Shown here: positions 1 to 7,598 of the stretch, piece after piece
Layout: each line of letters begins with the position of its first letter
How positions within the stretch are numbered: the first letter of the stretch is position 1
Virus record (IMG/VR): IMGVR_UViG_3300037467_000377
Location: 1-25,818 of that record
Direction: 5' to 3' (one strand)
DNA length: 25,818 nucleotides
Origin: a virus
Lineage: Duplodnaviria; Caudoviricetes
The notes under the pieces: model-generated
Seen by the model: only the letters and a program-made list of their open reading frames with translations
What the model was told of the DNA's origin: nothing
Database searches by the model: none
Program-made: the position numbers and the translations under genes

Positions 1-123
1 TGTACCTGCGTCGAGCAAGACACCGCGACAGAGACTTATAGCGTGGACAATGATTGCCCAATCCACGGGATGGCTGCGTTGGCCGCCATCGTTGGAAATG
101 GACCGAAGGAGGATGACGAGTGA
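1..123 (+). CDS. 3' end of a small protein with CxC...CPxHG motif (partial, runs off the window)
   Basis: Manual translation of frame 1: CTCVEQDTATETYSVDNDCPIHGMAALAAIVGNGPKEDDE*. The Cys/His spacing suggests metal binding. Not in the ORF track. Confidence 0.5.
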   Translation, partial: CTCVEQDTATETYSVDNDCPIHGMAALAAIVGNGPKEDDE

Positions 124-281
124 TCAACCAGGTTTTCCCTCTGCCAATCGCAAGTCTTGACGATAAGGGCCGCGTCTCTCGATTGGAGACGACAGATAGG
201 ATCAGGGCGCCGGTTGTTGTGCGACGAGTAGTATCACGTGATGAGGCTAAGCCTTCTCGCCGTACTCCAGCTCCAAAATGA
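120..281 (+). CDS. small hypothetical protein (53 aa)
   Basis: GTG at 120 overlaps the upstream TGA (GTGA), AGGAGG lies at 108-113, and the frame is open to TGA at 279-281. No family recognised. Confidence 0.35.
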   Translation: MINQVFPLPIASLDDKGRVSRLETTDRIRAPVVVRRVVSRDEAKPSRRTPAPK

Positions 282-498
282 GTTCGCAAGTATGGATGAT
301 CTTGCGAATGTCATCCGCGCCGTTCTTGTCCTTGTGGCGGGTCGCGTAATAGATGATTGAGCCTTCCAGATAGCCAATATTGTTTGCGTGGACGAATTGC
401 GCGGGCTGGATCTTCAGCTTCCGATAATGGTCTCCGCCAACCTGTTCTTTGAGGCTCGGGGCCAAGGCATTTCCTTCCGGCACGCGCACTCCTTCCAT
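247..498 (-). CDS. DUF3310 (SaV-like / T7 gp1.7-related) protein
   Basis: Motifs QVGGDHY, IQP, GYLEGSIIYYATR..DKNG.DDIRK are typical of DUF3310. The start is uncertain (ATG 498, or GTG 483 behind AAGGAG); the ORF track extends to 564. Confidence 0.8.
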   Translation of the reverse strand: MEGVRVPEGNALAPSLKEQVGGDHYRKLKIQPAQFVHANNIGYLEGSIIYYATRHKDKNGADDIRKIIHTCELILELEYGEKA

Positions 499-623
499 AT
501 CATCAGCACGGACCACTCCCCGTGTTGAGTGTCTGACAAGTCCGCTGTAGGCAACCATCCGCACCTCAAGAAATCTTCAGCCTCATGAAACCTGACAAAC
601 GCTGCTGTTTCCTCAAGCCGCAT
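414..623 (-). CDS. small phage hypothetical protein with C-terminal CxC
   Basis: MRLEETAAFVRFHEAEDFLRCGW...HGEWSVLMIWKECAC. ATG at 623 overlaps the end of the upstream gene, and the ORF also overlaps the DUF3310 ORF. Confidence 0.5.
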   Translation of the reverse strand: MRLEETAAFVRFHEAEDFLRCGWLPTADLSDTQHGEWSVLMIWKECACRKEMPWPRASKNRLAETIIGS

Positions 624-798
624 CGGAATCTTTGAACTTCCGGTGAACGAGAATTTCAGCGGCAAGCAAATCAATCATGTTCTCTTCAAGGATCATGAAG
701 ATAGCATTTCCCTGCACATTCGTGGCCCGCAGTTGCGGTTTACCCGCCGTATCCACAATGGCGAATGCGATGGGTGTAAACTCGCGAGGAATGCTCAT
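613..798 (-). CDS. hypothetical protein (61 aa)
   Basis: ATGA-coupled to the upstream gene (795-798) in the operon orientation. Confidence 0.55.
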   Translation of the reverse strand: MSIPREFTPIAFAIVDTAGKPQLRATNVQGNAIFMILEENMIDLLAAEILVHRKFKDSDAA

Positions 799-998
799 TT
801 CCGTTTCTTGCCTCGGCGCACTGCGGCTGTAGCGCGCGCATCCTGACGAGCGCGAAAATAAATGCCGTCCGGCTTTACCTTGAAATCAACGACGTGAACA
901 AGACCGCAGGCGCAGCACTGATCACAAAAACCGCGATGGCGGATAGGCCCATACCACTCACCGTCCTTAACCTGCTCATACTTATCAATCGCGATCAT
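795..998 (-). CDS. small putative zinc-binding protein (CCxCGLVH)
   Basis: Contains FCDQCCACGLVH. The likely ATG at 998 immediately follows the phosphoesterase stop. Confidence 0.65.
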   Translation of the reverse strand: MIAIDKYEQVKDGEWYGPIRHRGFCDQCCACGLVHVVDFKVKPDGIYFRARQDARATAAVRRGKKRK

Positions 999-999
999 T

Positions 1000-1968
1000 T
1001 CAGACCTTGATGATCTCGCCACGGAATTGGACGTGCTTATCGTCCCAAACCTGCACCAACTCAGGCATCAGAAGCTTGCCGTCCTTGAATGTCAGGACGC
1101 CGAAGCCGGAACGCCAGTTGAGAGGGTTTGCTTCCGTGTAATCAATGAATGCCTTGGCGGTCGGGTCGGCTAAGCAACCCGTATCGACGCCATAGCGTGT
1201 GCCGTTGTAGTCGGTTGTCGGGGTGACACGGGCGGAATGCAGATGGCCCGTGACCATCGTCTTGCCGGATTTGACGGCGTTGTTATAGGTCGCGTGATCG
1301 CCGCCCTTGTAACGGTGCTTCACCGCTACGTCGTCGTTAATGTCGCAGCGCCAGCACGCCGACCATGCCGGGAAGTAATCCTTGAGATGGAAGCCGTTCA
1401 GGCGGGCATACTGCGGAGCGACGGTCGCTAGCCGAGTCTCGAACCGGCTGTCATGATTGCCGAGCGTCCAGACCAATTTGCAGGCGCGCGGCGTGGCTAG
1501 TTCGATCTCGTGAAGCTGCTCTTGAGCCGCCTCGATCTCCTGCCAGATTTCGGGGTGGCCTTCCCAGCCGATCGGCGGATGGCGCGAGACTTGCGGGAAG
1601 TCCATCACGTCGCCGTTCATCACGACAACGGAGGGCTTCATGTCCTTGCAGAATTTGACGAAGGCGCGCATCCCCGTGGTCATATCGCCCGGCCAGATAT
1701 GAGCATCCGAGCCGATCAGGACGATGCCGTTTTTGACTTCCGTTTGGATAACCGCCGCGTGGTCTGAGGCGCGGCGCGTGGCGCGGCCCGTCATGTCCGG
1801 CGCTTTGATCTGGGAACCGTACAGGCGCTCAAGGTGCTCACGCCGTTTGTAGATGTTCCTGATATTTTGGCCTAGCTGGCGCGCTAACTCATGCGGGCCG
1901 TGTTGCTGGAACATACGGATAAAGTCGGCATCAGTCGTTGCCGCTTGGGCGTAGTTCTGTCTAGGCAA
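1000..1968 (-). CDS. calcineurin-like metallophosphoesterase with N-terminal HTH-like extension
   Basis: Full set of metallophosphoesterase motifs: SDAH, NGDVMD, LGNHD, H(RYKGG), TGHLH. TTG start preceded by AGGTGA. Confidence 0.9.
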   Translation of the reverse strand: MPRQNYAQAATTDADFIRMFQQHGPHELARQLGQNIRNIYKRREHLERLYGSQIKAPDMTGRATRRASDHAAVIQTEVKNGIVLIGSDAHIWPGDMTTGMRAFVKFCKDMKPSVVVMNGDVMDFPQVSRHPPIGWEGHPEIWQEIEAAQEQLHEIELATPRACKLVWTLGNHDSRFETRLATVAPQYARLNGFHLKDYFPAWSACWRCDINDDVAVKHRYKGGDHATYNNAVKSGKTMVTGHLHSARVTPTTDYNGTRYGVDTGCLADPTAKAFIDYTEANPLNWRSGFGVLTFKDGKLLMPELVQVWDDKHVQFRGEIIKV

Positions 1969-1975
1969 TCGTCAC

Positions 1976-2155
1976 CTATGCTTTCCGATAAATGATCTGA
2001 TGCTTGCAGGGCTTCATGTACGGAGCGCCGGCAACCGCCATGCCGGGAACAGCGCAGTACGATATTGATGGCTTGGGAGAAGGCGTCGGCGCGGTCAGAT
2101 GGACATAGGCAAGAGCGGCTAGTGATAGGATGACCGCCGCTGCCGTGAACTTCAT
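1976..2155 (-). CDS. small exported/membrane protein (59 aa), not in ORF track
   Basis: Manual translation MKFTAAAVILSLAALAYVHLTAPTPSPKPSISYCAVPGMAVAGAPYMKPCKHQIIYRKA*. ATGA overlap with the upstream stop, signal-like N-terminus, and it fills the gap in the operon. Confidence 0.6.
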   Translation of the reverse strand: MKFTAAAVILSLAALAYVHLTAPTPSPKPSISYCAVPGMAVAGAPYMKPCKHQIIYRKA

Positions 2156-2406
2156 GGCTCTTTGCGAATGAGCCGCTTGATTTCGACAATGCCGTCCTTC
2201 ACCACCTCGATATTTACCTCAAGGCGGGTGATGCGATCGGCTTGTGGGGCGGTTGCGTCCTGCCGCTTCTCAAGAACAGAAACGCGCTCCGTCAGGCTTG
2301 ATGCCCACCAGACGATTCCAATAGTTTGAATGACGATGGTGAGGATCAAGGCCAACGGGACACGGCGGTCCAGGTGCCATTGCTCGTCGTGATCGCGGGC
2401 ACTCAT
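2152..2406 (-). CDS. single-TM plus coiled-coil lysis-cassette membrane protein
   Basis: Hydrophobic VPLALILTIVIQTIGIVWWA followed by heptad-like RITRLEVNIEVVKDGIVEIKRLI. ATGA-coupled to the holin. Confidence 0.75.
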   Translation of the reverse strand: MSARDHDEQWHLDRRVPLALILTIVIQTIGIVWWASSLTERVSVLEKRQDATAPQADRITRLEVNIEVVKDGIVEIKRLIRKEP

Positions 2407-2801
2407 TTCTTGCCAGCCACGGCTTTGGCAATATCAACGCCTGACTTGCCGAGAATGTACGCGCCGATGCCGTAAGCGGACAGCGACCAAAGTTGCTCCG
2501 GGATCGCCGTGACTGCCTTGATCGTCGCATCCTGAAGGCCGAAGATCGGAGCAATGACAACCCATGTCATCATCGCGAGGCACCAATAGACCGTCATCGG
2601 GCGCGCGTTGCGGGTCATCCAGCCTTCGCTTGCCGCGTCAGCGACCATTACGTCTTTCATCGCGTTGGTAAGCTGGCCCTGACTTTCGATCAGGAGCTTG
2701 GTGATCTCCTGCTGGATTTCCATTCGCTTGTTCGCGTCTGGAACGGCCTTGCCGATGATGTTGATGATTGAGGGGACCAGCCCCAGTAGCGCTTCAAGCA
2801 C
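2403..2801 (-). CDS. holin, 3-TM (GTA-type holin family)
   Basis: N-terminal hydrophobic helix, ADAASEGWMTRNARP motif, two further hydrophobic segments, basic C-terminus. Directly downstream of the endolysin. Confidence 0.8.
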   Translation of the reverse strand: MLEALLGLVPSIINIIGKAVPDANKRMEIQQEITKLLIESQGQLTNAMKDVMVADAASEGWMTRNARPMTVYWCLAMMTWVVIAPIFGLQDATIKAVTAIPEQLWSLSAYGIGAYILGKSGVDIAKAVAGKK

Positions 2802-2803
2802 GG

Positions 2804-3508
2804 CTATTTCCCCCTGAACAGCGCGACCAGCGCCTTGATGAGAGCAACAAAAAACCCGCCTGTCGGGGCGGGCTGCGGAACGGGATCGGCTCCCGGCGCG
2901 GGACCGGGCTTTGGAATATCGGGCGGCGGCAAGGGCGATGCCTGCCCGTCGAATCTGATGGACGGGTCAAGCGCCTGCATCGCGAGGATCAGGCCAGCAC
3001 AGCCAAGCTGCTTATCGACAATGCTGGGGTCGAACTTGCCATCGGCAACATATTTGCCTTTGACGTATTGATCGGTGCCCGACCAGACATAGGGCGATGG
3101 AATGCCGCGATTGGCATAACCAAGGCCGTTATATTGTTCGAGCAAGGTCATGGTCCCGGCCGGCGACCAATCCTTCCACTTGCTGGCATAGGGAGGGCAG
3201 ACCGAAAGAGCATCGATCGCCGCATCTTCCCAATTCTTGAATGGCCCCCTGCCCTTGGGAACGTGAACCGAGACCTTATTCCAGGGATCGCCCTGCGCCA
3301 GACTGCGCGAGAAGTCCTGCGAGGATTCCCGCTGATGAATGACGGCAATCACGAACCAAGGCACGCCCGACTTGGCGGAGACGATGCTGTAACGCGGCTT
3401 TGCTGCGACAAGGCTTTTGGCGACGGCCTTCAGCTCAGAGCCGCGCGTGATCTTGGCTGCTTTCCATCGCTCGCCGTTCTTTTTAGTGAGCGCAGCAAGG
3501 TCCGCCAC
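2804..3508 (-). CDS. endolysin, lysozyme-like (COG5526-type)
   Basis: IAVIHQRESS (candidate catalytic Glu), YNGLGY, PSPYVWSGT.QY..GKYVADG, then a Pro-rich linker and amphipathic C-tail. Probable GTG start at 3508 (TAGTG overlap); the ORF track gives 3544. Confidence 0.85.
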   Translation of the reverse strand: MADLAALTKKNGERWKAAKITRGSELKAVAKSLVAAKPRYSIVSAKSGVPWFVIAVIHQRESSQDFSRSLAQGDPWNKVSVHVPKGRGPFKNWEDAAIDALSVCPPYASKWKDWSPAGTMTLLEQYNGLGYANRGIPSPYVWSGTDQYVKGKYVADGKFDPSIVDKQLGCAGLILAMQALDPSIRFDGQASPLPPPDIPKPGPAPGADPVPQPAPTGGFFVALIKALVALFRGK

Positions 3509-3681
3509 TACAGCAGAACCTTCAGACCGGATGCCAGCGAGCAAATGGCGCCGGTGCCCGCGAGCGAGAACCAGGTAACGGCCTCGAGGTCATATTCCTT
3601 GTGATGAATCCGGTAGTCGTTCAGCACAAAGAGGAGGATCGCCGCCCCGAAAAGGACGGCGCCGATGGCGAGGATGGACAT
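3508..3681 (-). CDS. small two-TM membrane protein (57 aa), candidate second holin/antiholin; not in ORF track
   Basis: MSILAIGAVLFGAAILLFVLNDYRIHHKEYDLEAVTWFSLAGTGAICSLASGLKVLL*. GGAGG RBS at 3688-3692, and its stop overlaps the endolysin GTG. Confidence 0.7.
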   Translation of the reverse strand: MSILAIGAVLFGAAILLFVLNDYRIHHKEYDLEAVTWFSLAGTGAICSLASGLKVLL

Positions 3682-3763
3682 TTAAAGCCTCCGGTAGACC
3701 ACCTTGCACTTTCAATCGCAGGGTGGTTGAATCAGGCGTTGCTACCGCAGGGAGGGATTACCC

Positions 3764-3949
3764 ATGGGTGCGGATAGAGACGCCACTTTGGCGGTGATGG
3801 AGATGGCCGCAGAGATTACAGCCGCGATCATCCGAGCAGATAAGGCGATAGACACGCACGGACGGGGCTACGCATCAGCCGCTCTAGCGGTTTACGACCA
3901 ACTGCACGGCCATCTCATCTATCGGTACGAGAACACTCAGAAGCGCTGA
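3764..3949 (+). CDS. small moron-like hypothetical protein (61 aa), opposite to the late operon
   Basis: GGAGGGA RBS at about 3750-3756. Fits the gap between tail fibre and lysis genes. Possible promoter TTGCAC(3704-3709)-17 nt-TTGAAT. Confidence 0.65.
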   Translation: MGADRDATLAVMEMAAEITAAIIRADKAIDTHGRGYASAALAVYDQLHGHLIYRYENTQKR

Positions 3950-3954
3950 ACTCA

Positions 3955-5991
3955 CTACGGAACGATCAGTTCAACGCAATAGCCTTCAAGGTTCACCGAC
4001 TCCGCGCTGTTGGTCAGTTGGCCGGTGATGACAAGATCGATCGCACCCGTGGTGTCCTGGGAGGCGGTGTTGATTGTGCCGGTGCCTAGACCGGATGATA
4101 CGGTCATTCCGCAAACCTGTGAGTTCGTCGCGTTCCGGTTCTGAACGAAGCATTCCGAACCGAAAGCTGCCGTTGTCGTGACGCTTTGCGAAGAGCAAAC
4201 CGTTCCAGAGCTTCCGCCCCAACGGACACGAAGTGATTTGCTGTTGGCGCTGTTGGTGTAAGTCCAATGGGTCAGAATCCGCAGACGACCATTCGCCCCC
4301 ATCGAGTTTGCGGGAATGCTGATTGTCGCCAGAACAAACTCTGCCGTATCGCCGGTATGGGTGACTTGGACGCCCGATGACGCGAGGACGTATGGCACCT
4401 TGAGCGCGCCAGCAGCGGCCCGCGCGGTCGTCGCCCCGGTTCCGCCACGGGCCACGGCCAGCGTACCGGCAGATACATTGCCTGCGTCAAGCCCCGTGAT
4501 GTTCGCGCCGTCGCCGTAAAAGCCGGTGCCGCTGTAAATCTTCTTCGCTGCGGCAATACCGCCGGCAGACTTCAGAGGCGCGCTTGTGGAAGAAGTAGCG
4601 TCCGTCGTATCGGCAATCGAAACGGTGTTCCCGCTGGCGACAGCAACAGCGCCGGACGTGAGCGAGATCTGGTCGGTGCCTAGACCGTTACCACTCAAGC
4701 CAAGTGTGCTGGATTGGATGCCCAAGGCAGCGAAGCCAGCCACGGCGCTACTGGTGTAAGTCACAGACTGAAGAGAAGGCGCGCCGCCGGAAGCGGTCCA
4801 CCGCCAACCCGTACCGGATGCTGCTGTCCCGGTAAGAAGGCCGGTCTGCGCATCGCTGGTGAGCGGCGCCCCGTTAATCGCCACCTTGCTGATAAGCGAG
4901 ATGCCAGAACTTGTGATCTGAACCGAGGCTGTCCCGGATGCACCAAGATAGACGGAGCTGCCATAGAGTGCGAGGACTCGATAGGCATTCTGGGCCTTGT
5001 TTGTTGCCTCAATGCGGACTTGGCTAGACAGGTATGCAGAGCGGATACCGTTATCAGCCTCAACAAGCCACTGAAACGGCGAGGTCATCGGCGCGCCGGA
5101 AAACGCGCCACCGCCATCGGTCAGGAATGGGCCGCGCACGCGATAATCGACAATCGGCAAATATTCGTAGGTGCCGTTCGTGTCGCCGGGAAAATAGGTG
5201 TCCGGGTCTTCTCCGACATTGCCAAGGTCGATGTTACAGACGTTGTGGAATAGAAACCGCTTGCCAGTGCCGCTGCCGGTGAACGATGCGCCAATGCGCT
5301 GAACGTCTGCGTTATTTACGCCGATCCAATAGGCGGAACACGAAGGTGAACCAACCAAGTCTAGGTCATAGTTGTCGTTTAGAATCGACTGCTTATGCGC
5401 GTGCCAATGCGCCACGCGGGCACCAGCGACCGAATTAACAGCCACAGCCTCGGCCTTTGCGCCGTCAAACACATTTATCGAATAGTTCGCGCACGCGCCG
5501 AACTTCACGTTCCCGTAATAGACTTCGGTACCCGCACCCCACGCATAGATACCGGAACCACTGGTTGCCGCGCGAAGCTCGCAATCCTTGATCGTGACCT
5601 TTGCGCCGCCAGTCAGATTGATACAGTTCGCGCTTGTAACGGAGATCAGCACATCGGTTGCTGTGGGAGACACCCCGGACTGCTTGAAGATCACGCCAGT
5701 CGCGGCGGGGTTAACCCACGGCTTTGAGAGCGTCACGCCATCCGCATATGTGCCAGCCTCCATCAGGACGGTGACTGTCTTTCCGTTATGGTCAATCGCC
5801 ATCGCCGCGTCTGCTGCGGCTTGCAAGGTTTTAAATGCCGCACCAGACGAAAGGCCGTCACCGCTATCGTCAGGTCGAGAGGCATCGACGTAATATGTCC
5901 GATCAGCAGTCAGTTTAATGCGAAGAGCAACATCCAGAATCGCATCTTGCAAAAGAGCGGTTACCAGCGGAAAGGAAGTTACGGTTCCCAT
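3955..5991 (-). CDS. tail fibre / tailspike (receptor-binding protein)
   Basis: N-terminal TADRTYYV..DDSGDGLS...AFKTLQAA motif typical of beta-helix proteins. G/S/T/A-rich, with the fibre motif GTLAVARGGTGATTA near the C-terminus. Follows the tail-collar gene. Confidence 0.8.
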   Translation of the reverse strand: MGTVTSFPLVTALLQDAILDVALRIKLTADRTYYVDASRPDDSGDGLSSGAAFKTLQAAADAAMAIDHNGKTVTVLMEAGTYADGVTLSKPWVNPAATGVIFKQSGVSPTATDVLISVTSANCINLTGGAKVTIKDCELRAATSGSGIYAWGAGTEVYYGNVKFGACANYSINVFDGAKAEAVAVNSVAGARVAHWHAHKQSILNDNYDLDLVGSPSCSAYWIGVNNADVQRIGASFTGSGTGKRFLFHNVCNIDLGNVGEDPDTYFPGDTNGTYEYLPIVDYRVRGPFLTDGGGAFSGAPMTSPFQWLVEADNGIRSAYLSSQVRIEATNKAQNAYRVLALYGSSVYLGASGTASVQITSSGISLISKVAINGAPLTSDAQTGLLTGTAASGTGWRWTASGGAPSLQSVTYTSSAVAGFAALGIQSSTLGLSGNGLGTDQISLTSGAVAVASGNTVSIADTTDATSSTSAPLKSAGGIAAAKKIYSGTGFYGDGANITGLDAGNVSAGTLAVARGGTGATTARAAAGALKVPYVLASSGVQVTHTGDTAEFVLATISIPANSMGANGRLRILTHWTYTNSANSKSLRVRWGGSSGTVCSSQSVTTTAAFGSECFVQNRNATNSQVCGMTVSSGLGTGTINTASQDTTGAIDLVITGQLTNSAESVNLEGYCVELIVP

Positions 5992-5993
5992 GA

Positions 5994-6878
5994 TTACGCC
6001 CCCGCGAAGATGATGTAATTGCAGACGATGCCGGGCGGCAGGTTGTTGTGTGCTTCGCCGCCGCCTGCGTTGTTGACGGTGATGCCGGTCGAGTTCGCAA
6101 CAACACCAAAATTGCCGGCCGCATTCGGCGTCACGAAAGCTGTTGCAGCGCCAGCGCCGTTGTTGAGATTCAGAACGGCAAACGGCTGCGTTACGCTGTT
6201 GTATTGGAGCGAATGCGAGTGGCCCGGATCAGTGAGCGCATGATCGTGTGCAGCCAGCTGCGCTTCGGTTAGGGTGTGCGTTTCCGCGCCACCCGTTGCG
6301 CCGAGCGTGTCGCCGTTCCAACCGCCGGATTGATTAGTGATGCGGTTCGCGGACGTGCCGCCCATATCATCCTTACCGAAAGACGCACGACCGCGCTTAT
6401 CCGGCAAGTTGAAGGTAGTCGATCCATCACCCGTGCCGTGAGTCGTGCCGATGGCATCGAACAGCGCGGCGTAAGTCGTGCGCGATACAGCTTGGCCGTA
6501 TGCAAACAGCCAACCTGCCGGAGCGGTCGTTCCCCAGAAGTCAGTACCGGAGCCAATGGGAGGACCGCCCGAGATAAGGCCCTTCGCGCCAAACTCCGCG
6601 ACCTGAGAGCCGTTGACCGCAACGCCGATGCCGTTGGCGGTTTTAAAGAAGCCGAAGTTGGTTGCGCCGGTAAACGCAAGACCAGGAGCCGCAGCCGAAC
6701 CCTGCACCGCTTTGAACTGCCCGGTCATCGAAGCGATGCCGCTACGGAGAACCAGGCCATTAAGGGCCGCCTGCACGTCCTCTAAGGGCGCATTGTGCTG
6801 TGTGTCTTGAATCGTTGTGCCGTTTTCCGCGTGATAAACGGTTGGCAGCGAGTAATTCCCGCCACTATCAAAGGGCAT
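5994..6878 (-). CDS. tail fibre protein with phage tail-collar domain
   Basis: Collar signature PIGSGTDFWGTTAPAGWLFAYGQAVSRTTYAALF.AIGT..G.GDGSTTFNLPD.RGR and C-terminal AHNNLPP. ATG at 6878 behind GGAG; the ORF track starts at TTG 6890. Confidence 0.92.
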   Translation of the reverse strand: MPFDSGGNYSLPTVYHAENGTTIQDTQHNAPLEDVQAALNGLVLRSGIASMTGQFKAVQGSAAAPGLAFTGATNFGFFKTANGIGVAVNGSQVAEFGAKGLISGGPPIGSGTDFWGTTAPAGWLFAYGQAVSRTTYAALFDAIGTTHGTGDGSTTFNLPDKRGRASFGKDDMGGTSANRITNQSGGWNGDTLGATGGAETHTLTEAQLAAHDHALTDPGHSHSLQYNSVTQPFAVLNLNNGAGAATAFVTPNAAGNFGVVANSTGITVNNAGGGEAHNNLPPGIVCNYIIFAGA

Positions 6879-6887
6879 TAGCCTCTC

Positions 6888-6923
6888 CAAAAGAAAAGAG
6901 GCCCGGATCGCTCCGAGCCTCTT
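6888..6923 (-). terminator. intrinsic terminator closing the Cas7-like operon
   Basis: Minus strand AAGAGGCUCGGA-GCGA-UCCGGGCCUCUU (12-bp stem, GNRA loop) followed by UUCUUUU. Confidence 0.85.
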
Positions 6924-6927
6924 GTTA

Positions 6928-7060
6928 GCCTTCGTCGCCTCGCCTGCCTCACCGAGGCCTGCCCAGACCCGCCTTGATCAACGCGCCTCGCCTGGCCTGC
7001 CTAGACAATCCAGACCATGCGTTGCTAAGCGTTGGCTTGCCTTGCCTGCCGTTCCGTGCC
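6928..7060 (-). ncRNA. periodic GGY-NN array 2 (putative guide RNA tract)
   Basis: Minus strand: ggc ac gga ac ggc A ggc aa ggc aa gcc aa cgc tt agc aa cgc at ggt ct gga tt gtc ta ggc A ggc ca ggc ga ggc gc gtt ga tc aa ggc gg gtc tg ggc A ggc... It shows a 5-nt period with GGCAGGC phase breaks and degenerates toward the terminator. Expression as RNA is inferred. Confidence 0.75.
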
Positions 7061-7067
7061 TACTCGT

Positions 7068-7577
7068 TTACGCAGCTTCCGTTTTGCTCGGCGCCTTTAC
7101 GCTCTGCAATTCGGATGCAAGGCGCTCAATTGACTTTGTTGAACCCTCGACGTGCAGCAACGCTGCTTTGTATCGGTTCATCCAAGACAACAGAGCTGTA
7201 CCCGCTTGCCGACAATGCTCTGCGATGTGCTCAGGGTCATTGGGATCGGTAAGCACATAGCCACCGCCATCCTTTCGACCCGCCACAGGCGAGATCACCG
7301 CCGGCATTTCAGTCGTTTTCACGGTAACAGCGCCGGAACGGCCGACTTCCTCAACCGTGAAACTCACTCTTAAATCCTTGGCAAACGAGCGTGCCTGCCA
7401 AAGTTGATGCTCCTGTGCCGCCTTAGACTGGTCCCACTCGAACCAATCGTAAGCCGGATGATCCTTGCCCTTCTCTCGAACCTCTTTGAGAAAAAGGGCT
7501 GGATCGTACAGACCGTTATGACGACGCGAGAAGTCTTCAACGATCTGTTGCCGCAACTCTTTCGTGAAGCGTGACAT
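7068..7577 (-). CDS. accessory protein of the Cas7-like/array locus (169 aa)
   Basis: ATG 7577 behind AAAGGAG (7584-7590). Motif HPAYDWFEWDQSKAAQEHQLWQAR resembles a phage hypothetical family. Lies between the two arrays; function unknown. Confidence 0.85.
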   Translation of the reverse strand: MSRFTKELRQQIVEDFSRRHNGLYDPALFLKEVREKGKDHPAYDWFEWDQSKAAQEHQLWQARSFAKDLRVSFTVEEVGRSGAVTVKTTEMPAVISPVAGRKDGGGYVLTDPNDPEHIAEHCRQAGTALLSWMNRYKAALLHVEGSTKSIERLASELQSVKAPSKTEAA

Positions 7578-7598
7578 CAACATCTCCTTTGTTGTGAT

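Noticed and set aside
2768-3604. 278-aa + strand ORF and other long + strand ORFs opposite structural genes (e.g. 7884-8591, 19367-20128, 22895-23578)
   Set aside because: Shadow ORFs opposite well-supported minus-strand genes, with Arg-rich implausible composition.
3955-6878. Diversity-generating retroelement or invertible tail-fibre cassette
   Set aside because: No reverse transcriptase, invertase or duplicated template/variable repeat was seen in the window.
6961-6997. Array 2 unit B as a guide against this phage's terL (EENNGW) or GH73 (QAAVESGW) motifs
   Set aside because: Only the last few dinucleotides agree, and the unit has a register defect; not distinguishable from chance.
6922-7260. 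+ strand ORFs (112 aa, 92 aa) over array 2
   Set aside because: Antisense to the accessory gene and array, low-complexity Pro/Arg/Ala/Leu content, no RBS.
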